Origin: Anaerolineales bacterium UBA832
GTDB lineage: Bacteria > Chloroflexota > Anaerolineae > Anaerolineales > UBA11657
DNA length: 52,088 bases
Direction of reading: 5' to 3'
Assembly (NCBI GenBank): GCA_002296125.1
Contig: DBHI01000120.1
Coordinates: 32,329 to 84,416 of the forward strand
Numbering within the stretch: position 1 is the first letter of the stretch; the number at the start of each line of letters is the position of its first letter. Below, piece by piece: positions 47,632-52,088 of the stretch. Both the position numbers and the translations under genes were made by a program. The notes beneath the pieces were generated by a model, which was not told where the DNA came from, ran no database searches, and saw only the letters and a program-made list of their open reading frames with translations.

Positions 47632-48601
47632 GTTGGTTGCAAGTCTTATTGATAAGCGTATAGTAGTGACTGGTGGACTTGGTTTTATTGGTAGTAATCT
47701 TGTACATTCCTTAATAGAGTATGGTGCAGATTTAGCAATTATAGACTCATTGGATCCAAGGTCAGGAGGTGATATTGCTAATATACATGGTATCCAAGAT
47801 AAAATCGATTTGTTTTCAGCTGATATATGTGATTTTGAGACAGTTGCATCAGTTGTGCAGGATGCAGACTATGTGTTTCACTGTGCAGCTCATACTTCTC
47901 ATCCCTATTCAATGCGCGATCCTCAGTTAGATGTTTCTGTAAATTGTATTGGTACTTTGAATGTTTTGGAGGCATTACGTAAATTAAGGCCAATGGCTCG
48001 AATGGTTTATGTTGGTACGAGCACACAGATTGGACCTATGATTGAAAATCCAATTAATGAGCAACATATAGTTGCACCAGTGGATATCTATTCAGCGAAT
48101 AAAGCAGCAGCAGAATATTATTGTAGGATTTATGCTAATGCTTATGATCTTGATATAAATGTAGTGCGTTTGCCAAATGTTTATGGTCCTCGTGCAAACA
48201 TTACTAGTCCTGATTTTGGTTTTATAAATTATTTCATTGGTTTAGCTTTGCGTGATCAATCCCTTACTATATATGGTAAAGGAGAACAGTTACGCAGCGT
48301 TATATATGTTAAAGATGCTATTAATGCATTGATTCTATCTGGATGTTCAGATATTACGGGTAAGGTATGGTTTGCTGCGAATGAAAGTTCAGTTAGCGTA
48401 AAAGAATTAGCTGACAGTATTGTAAAAGCATGTGGATCTGGCAGCGTTATAAATATTGAGTGGCCTGATGATCGTAAGCGCATTGATGTAGGAGATATAG
48501 TTATTGATTGTTCTCGTATTTACAGAGATTTAGGATGGCAAGCATTGGAATGCTTAGAGAATGGTTTGAAAGAGACTGTGCAATATTGGAAATCACGATA
48601 A
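47618..48601 (+). CDS. NAD-dependent epimerase/dehydratase family protein (extended SDR), paralog-like to the preceding gene
   Basis: Start at TTG 47618 or ATG 47621, overlapping the upstream stop. IVVTGGLGFIGSNLVHSL and YSANKAAAE. It shares the G-T-x-T-Q-I-G block with 46618..47631. Confidence 0.85.
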   Translation: MMKDKLVASLIDKRIVVTGGLGFIGSNLVHSLIEYGADLAIIDSLDPRSGGDIANIHGIQDKIDLFSADICDFETVASVVQDADYVFHCAAHTSHPYSMRDPQLDVSVNCIGTLNVLEALRKLRPMARMVYVGTSTQIGPMIENPINEQHIVAPVDIYSANKAAAEYYCRIYANAYDLDINVVRLPNVYGPRANITSPDFGFINYFIGLALRDQSLTIYGKGEQLRSVIYVKDAINALILSGCSDITGKVWFAANESSVSVKELADSIVKACGSGSVINIEWPDDRKRIDVGDIVIDCSRIYRDLGWQALECLENGLKETVQYWKSR

Positions 48602-48685
48602 TGTTTAAAACAATGTAAGACTGATAGTATTATATGTTTTTGTTATTGTTGTTTGATTTATATTATTGTATTGGAGGAATATAGA

Positions 48686-49645
48686 GTGAATTCAAATGTA
48701 TTAGTAACTGGTGGTTTAGGACATATAGGTTCTGCACTTATTAGGTATCTTGCTGAGTTGTCAGATATTGATCAAATAACGATTATGGATAATTTGGTTA
48801 CTCAAAGATATGCATCATTGTTTAATTTACCCGATAATATTTCATACAGATTTGTTGAAGGAGATGTCATGCAAGATGAAGACATGGATGAGGCATTAAG
48901 GGATATAGATGTTATAGTCCATTTAGCTGCCATTACTGACGCTGAGGGGAGTTTTGATCGATCTGAAGATGTGAATTTAATCAATTTTGAGGGTACACAG
49001 AAAGTAATTGAAGCATGTATTCGGAATGGAGTTCGTAGATTAATTTTTCCTTCTACTACGAGTGTCTATGGGCCTGTTAGTGGGATAGCTTTAGAGAATA
49101 GTAGACGATCTGATTTGAGACCTCAAAGTCCATATGCTGTTAGTAAATTAGATGCAGAAGATGAAATATTGAAGTATACCAAGTCTGGAAATATTGAAGG
49201 TGTGCTGCTTAGGTTAGGGACTATTTTTGGGCCTAGTCCAGGTATGAGATTTCATACTGCTGTAAACAAATTTATTTTTCATGCTGTGACAACAAAACCT
49301 TTGACAGTTTGGGAAGAGGCCGTTAATCTTGTTAGACCTTATCTTGATTTAAAGGATGCTGTCAGGGTGATTGGTTTTATGATAACAAACACCCAATGTA
49401 TAGGAGAGATTTATAATGTTGTTACTTTGAATGCAACTCTTGATCAGATTATTGAATCTATTCGGCTGAACATTGAAGATATAGAAATTGAATATACATC
49501 GACACGTATGTTGAATCAAGTTTCTTATCATGTAAATGATGATAAATTAAGAAGTATCGGATTTGAATATTGTGGTGATTTGACTACAGGTGTTCGAGAC
49601 ACGTGTGATATCCTACGAGGAATATACTGTAACAATGTTCCATAG
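48686..49645 (+). CDS. NAD-dependent epimerase/dehydratase family protein (extended SDR)
   Basis: I prefer the GTG at 48686, which lies 8 nt after GGAGG (48673-48677); the ORF track starts at TTG 48653. NVLVTGGLGHIGSALIRYL and YAVSKLDAE. Confidence 0.82.
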   Translation: MNSNVLVTGGLGHIGSALIRYLAELSDIDQITIMDNLVTQRYASLFNLPDNISYRFVEGDVMQDEDMDEALRDIDVIVHLAAITDAEGSFDRSEDVNLINFEGTQKVIEACIRNGVRRLIFPSTTSVYGPVSGIALENSRRSDLRPQSPYAVSKLDAEDEILKYTKSGNIEGVLLRLGTIFGPSPGMRFHTAVNKFIFHAVTTKPLTVWEEAVNLVRPYLDLKDAVRVIGFMITNTQCIGEIYNVVTLNATLDQIIESIRLNIEDIEIEYTSTRMLNQVSYHVNDDKLRSIGFEYCGDLTTGVRDTCDILRGIYCNNVP

Positions 49646-49654
49646 GTTAATTGA

Positions 49655-50380
49655 ATGAATAAACTGAATCAGAAAAATCCCTGGATTGAATATTGGAGTA
49701 CTGATCATATATGGTCCCATTCTGCATTTTGGCGTAAGCAGATGGAGGTGTTTATCAGACTTACATCAAATATAATGGATTATAGTGAAACTGACACAAT
49801 TTTGGATTTTGGTTGTGGTAGTGGCCATTTTGCTGAAATTATGTCACATAGAATAGGATCCATTGTTTGCGCTGACATGTCTGAAAATTATATTCAATTG
49901 TGTGCTAACAAATTTGCAAATGTTTCAAATGTAAATGTAGTAGAAGTCAAGCCAGATTTATCCGATCTGTACAAAGTTGGTACTGCTTTCAACAAAGTGA
50001 TTTGTTTTAGTGTTGTACATTATTTTCCAGATATAGATTGTGTGACTAGATTCTTAAAGGGTATTCAGAATATTATTGTTCCTGGGGGAAAATTATTAAT
50101 TGGGGATATTGGTAATAATAAACGTAGTTTGAATGATTATATTAAGGCTGTTTTATTTACTTTGAGGCAGGGAATGTTCTTGGATGCATTGAGATTGATG
50201 ACTAAGGTAACATTGTCGGATCCTGATTACAGTAAAATAAAACAAGGTGGTAATAGTTATTTGCATATTCCTGATTCATATTTTATGGATATTTCTCGTG
50301 AGTTAGGTATAGAAATTACATTCTTAAGTTCTCAGTTAACAGTGAATTCTAATTATAAGCATGTGCTAGTAGAATATTAA
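49655..50380 (+). CDS. Class I SAM-dependent methyltransferase
   Basis: Motif I ILDFGCGSGHFAEIM, CADMS, and FNKVICFSVVHYF. Confidence 0.8.
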   Translation: MNKLNQKNPWIEYWSTDHIWSHSAFWRKQMEVFIRLTSNIMDYSETDTILDFGCGSGHFAEIMSHRIGSIVCADMSENYIQLCANKFANVSNVNVVEVKPDLSDLYKVGTAFNKVICFSVVHYFPDIDCVTRFLKGIQNIIVPGGKLLIGDIGNNKRSLNDYIKAVLFTLRQGMFLDALRLMTKVTLSDPDYSKIKQGGNSYLHIPDSYFMDISRELGIEITFLSSQLTVNSNYKHVLVEY

Positions 50381-50415
50381 TATAGAATAATTTATAGATA
50401 AAGGTATATTGAAAT

Positions 50416-51813
50416 TTGAATAATAAAAAAATTGTAATAATAGGTGGTGGTATTTCTGGCTTGACTGTAGCATGGCGTTTGCAAGAGCTTGGTTTTCAAG
50501 TTGAAGTTTGTGAGGCACAAGATTTTGTGGGGGGGTTGGCTGGTACTATTCGTCCTGAAAATGGTAGATATTGTTTAGATTTTGGACCTCATTTTTTTAT
50601 AACACAGAAGCAAGAAATTGTTGAACGTATAACTAGTTTGCTGGACGAAGATGTGGTGAGTTTTGAAAGAACTGCTCAATTGTATGTACAGGGTAGATTT
50701 TTGGATTATCCTTTGAGTGCCAAGAATGTTCTTTTGAATTTTAGTATTAACGACTCAATTGCTTCTATAGTGACTTTTGCATGGGCACAAATCAAATCAT
50801 TCTTGGGAATTTTTAGTTCACTTTCAAAACAAAAGGTTCATTTTGGAGAATGGGCATCAGCCAACTTTGGAAGTCATTTGTCAAAAATCTTTTTCGAGCC
50901 TTATACAGAAGGTTTTTGGAAAATACCATGCGAAAATTTGGCTCCTGAAATACTTCCTACTAGTACAAAACTGAATTTTATGAAGAGTTTGAGAATGATG
51001 TTTCTCCGAAAAGTGAGTGGTCCTGCTCAATCATTAACTGAACGAGAGCTTGTTTTGCCGCTTCGATATCCCATTAGGGGTTATGGGATGATTGCTGAGA
51101 CAATGGCTGAAAAAGTTAAAGAAATGGGTGGTACTATTTATAATAATGCTCGTGTTGTTAAACTGAAATCATTACTTGATGACAAATATTCGGTAGTTGT
51201 AGATAAAGGTGATAGACAATTTGAGTTAAGTGGTGATTATGTAATTTCTACAATACCAATACCTAACTTAGTTGATATCATGTCTCCGGATGTACCTGCA
51301 GTTGTCAAGGAATGTTCAGACAAGCTTGATTATTTGTCTCTAATTGTGTTATATGTAGTTACAAAGAAAAATAATTTACTTGATACTTCTTATGTGTATT
51401 ATCTTGACCGACCTTATCATAGACTTGCAGAGATGGAGAAGTTTTGTGACACACTTTTTCCTAAGGGTGAAAATATGTTAGCAGTGGAATTTTCATGTCA
51501 TAGGGGAGATAATATATGGAAAATGACCGAAGAGGAATTGTTAGAAGTTGCATTACCTGATTTAGAGAATGATAGGATATTGTCGAGAGATGATGTTGAT
51601 AAATTGTTTGTTGTTAGAGCTAGTCATGCATATCCAATTAGATTTGTAGATTTTCGGAAAAATCTTGACACTTTTCTTGATTATATTGATTCAAAAGAAA
51701 ACATAGATGTATTAGGTAGGACTGGTGAATATCAATATATAGATAGTGATCAATGTATGGATAGGGCTTTAGTTTTGGCCGACAAAATTTCTGCAAAATT
51801 AAAGGCTAATTAG
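50416..51813 (+). CDS. FAD/NAD(P)-binding oxidoreductase (amine-oxidase / protoporphyrinogen-oxidase-like fold)
   Basis: TTG start. KIVIIGGGISGLTVAWRLQELGFQVEVCEAQDFVGG is a dinucleotide-binding beta-alpha-beta motif with GG. C-terminal GRTGEYQYIDSDQCM. Confidence 0.7.
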   Translation: MNNKKIVIIGGGISGLTVAWRLQELGFQVEVCEAQDFVGGLAGTIRPENGRYCLDFGPHFFITQKQEIVERITSLLDEDVVSFERTAQLYVQGRFLDYPLSAKNVLLNFSINDSIASIVTFAWAQIKSFLGIFSSLSKQKVHFGEWASANFGSHLSKIFFEPYTEGFWKIPCENLAPEILPTSTKLNFMKSLRMMFLRKVSGPAQSLTERELVLPLRYPIRGYGMIAETMAEKVKEMGGTIYNNARVVKLKSLLDDKYSVVVDKGDRQFELSGDYVISTIPIPNLVDIMSPDVPAVVKECSDKLDYLSLIVLYVVTKKNNLLDTSYVYYLDRPYHRLAEMEKFCDTLFPKGENMLAVEFSCHRGDNIWKMTEEELLEVALPDLENDRILSRDDVDKLFVVRASHAYPIRFVDFRKNLDTFLDYIDSKENIDVLGRTGEYQYIDSDQCMDRALVLADKISAKLKAN

Positions 51814-51883
51814 ATTTGTGAAATCAGTTCCATTGTGTGACTAGGTGTAAAACAAAAAGATATTTTTTAACTATTGAGAAATT

Positions 51884-51905
51884 AGCACAATCAAGTGCTT
51901 TTTCT
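51884..51905 (+). terminator. Weak hairpin plus T-run after the FAD oxidoreductase gene (possible intrinsic terminator or attenuator)
   Basis: AGCAC (51884-51888), loop AATCAA, GTGCT (51895-51899), then TTTTCT. The stem is only 5 bp, so this is weak. Confidence 0.2.
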
Positions 51906-51916
51906 GGAGGAATTTT

Positions 51917-52088
51917 ATGAAGGTTTTTTTACGAAAAATGATTGTTAATATGGGAGTGTTTGGAGAAATATTGATTTTCTTATGGCAGCGTAAGTTGTGG
52001 TGGATGATTCCGATGGTAGTTGTATTACTGACATTTGGCATGTTGTTGATGTTTGCATCTGCTTCTGGAGTAGGACCATTTATATATA
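51917..52088 (+). CDS. SxtK/DUF5989-like small membrane protein, 3'-truncated by the window edge
   Basis: Not in the ORF track because no stop falls inside the window. GGAGG (51906-51910) lies 6 nt before the ATG. Translation MKVFLRKMIVNMGVFGEILIFLWQRKLWWMIPMVVVLLTFGMLLMFASASGVGPFIY matches the remembered DUF5989 pattern (F-x-x-RKK-x-W-L-x-P, one TM, then S-x-x-APFIYTLF). The true start may be the ATG at 51950. Confidence 0.6.
   Translation, partial: MKVFLRKMIVNMGVFGEILIFLWQRKLWWMIPMVVVLLTFGMLLMFASASGVGPFIY

Noticed and set aside
1-52088. Search for CRISPR arrays, tRNA/rRNA genes, IS elements, integrases, phage genes, toxin-antitoxin pairs and known defence-system hallmarks (nucleases, helicases, STAND/AAA ATPases, methylase-restriction pairs)
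   Set aside because: None were seen. No intergenic gap exceeds about 107 nt. No ORF shows Walker-A, DEAD/DExH, PD-(D/E)xK-type or DDE-type motifs by eye. The methyltransferases look like small-molecule/sugar class-I enzymes, not DNA methyltransferases (no DPPY/NPPY or PCQ motifs noticed).

Overview
AT-rich prokaryotic window; hand-counted 60-nt lines range from 12/60 to 25/60 G+C, and nothing was computed window-wide. It is essentially one co-directional cell-surface glycan biosynthesis and assembly locus. A 5'-truncated inositol-monophosphatase-family gene is followed by 41 further genes, all on the + strand. Most are separated by under 50 nt or overlap by 1-29 nt (ATGA / TAATG junctions), and several have GGAGG-type Shine-Dalgarno sites. 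TGA is used as a stop codon.

Recognisable content:
- 8 GT4 and 2 GT2 Leloir glycosyltransferases, plus one possible GT-B-like protein.
- 2 MraY/WecA-family phosphoglycosyl transferases.
- 2 tandem Wzy/O-antigen-ligase-like proteins.
- 7 large polytopic GT-C-like membrane proteins (2 clearly ArnT/PMT-like, 5 poorly recognisable).
- 2 NodU/CmcH/TobZ-type carbamoyltransferases.
- 3 class-I methyltransferases and a TylC3-type sugar C-methyltransferase.
- A DegT aminotransferase and an AsnB-like amidotransferase.
- 7 SDR epimerase/reductase/dehydratase-like genes.
- A membrane-anchored SGNH hydrolase and a FAD oxidoreductase.
- A 3'-truncated SxtK/DUF5989-like mini-protein at the window end.

I found no tRNA or rRNA gene, CRISPR array, transposase, integrase, toxin-antitoxin pair or recognisable defence gene. 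I also found no Wzx, ABC-transporter, Wzz or OPX export component.

The most unusual points:
- The density of GT-C-type enzymes.
- A permuted PGT / CapD(PglF)-like arrangement: a soluble dehydratase-like gene with S-I-K where the family normally has T-D-K, while its usual 4-TM domain is fused to a second PGT.
- Tandem Wzy-like paralogs, one with a 48-bp tandem-repeat insertion.
- Dual carbamoyltransferases.
- A branched (C-methyl) amino-sugar module.

All functional calls rest on motif recognition by eye. No database search was possible.
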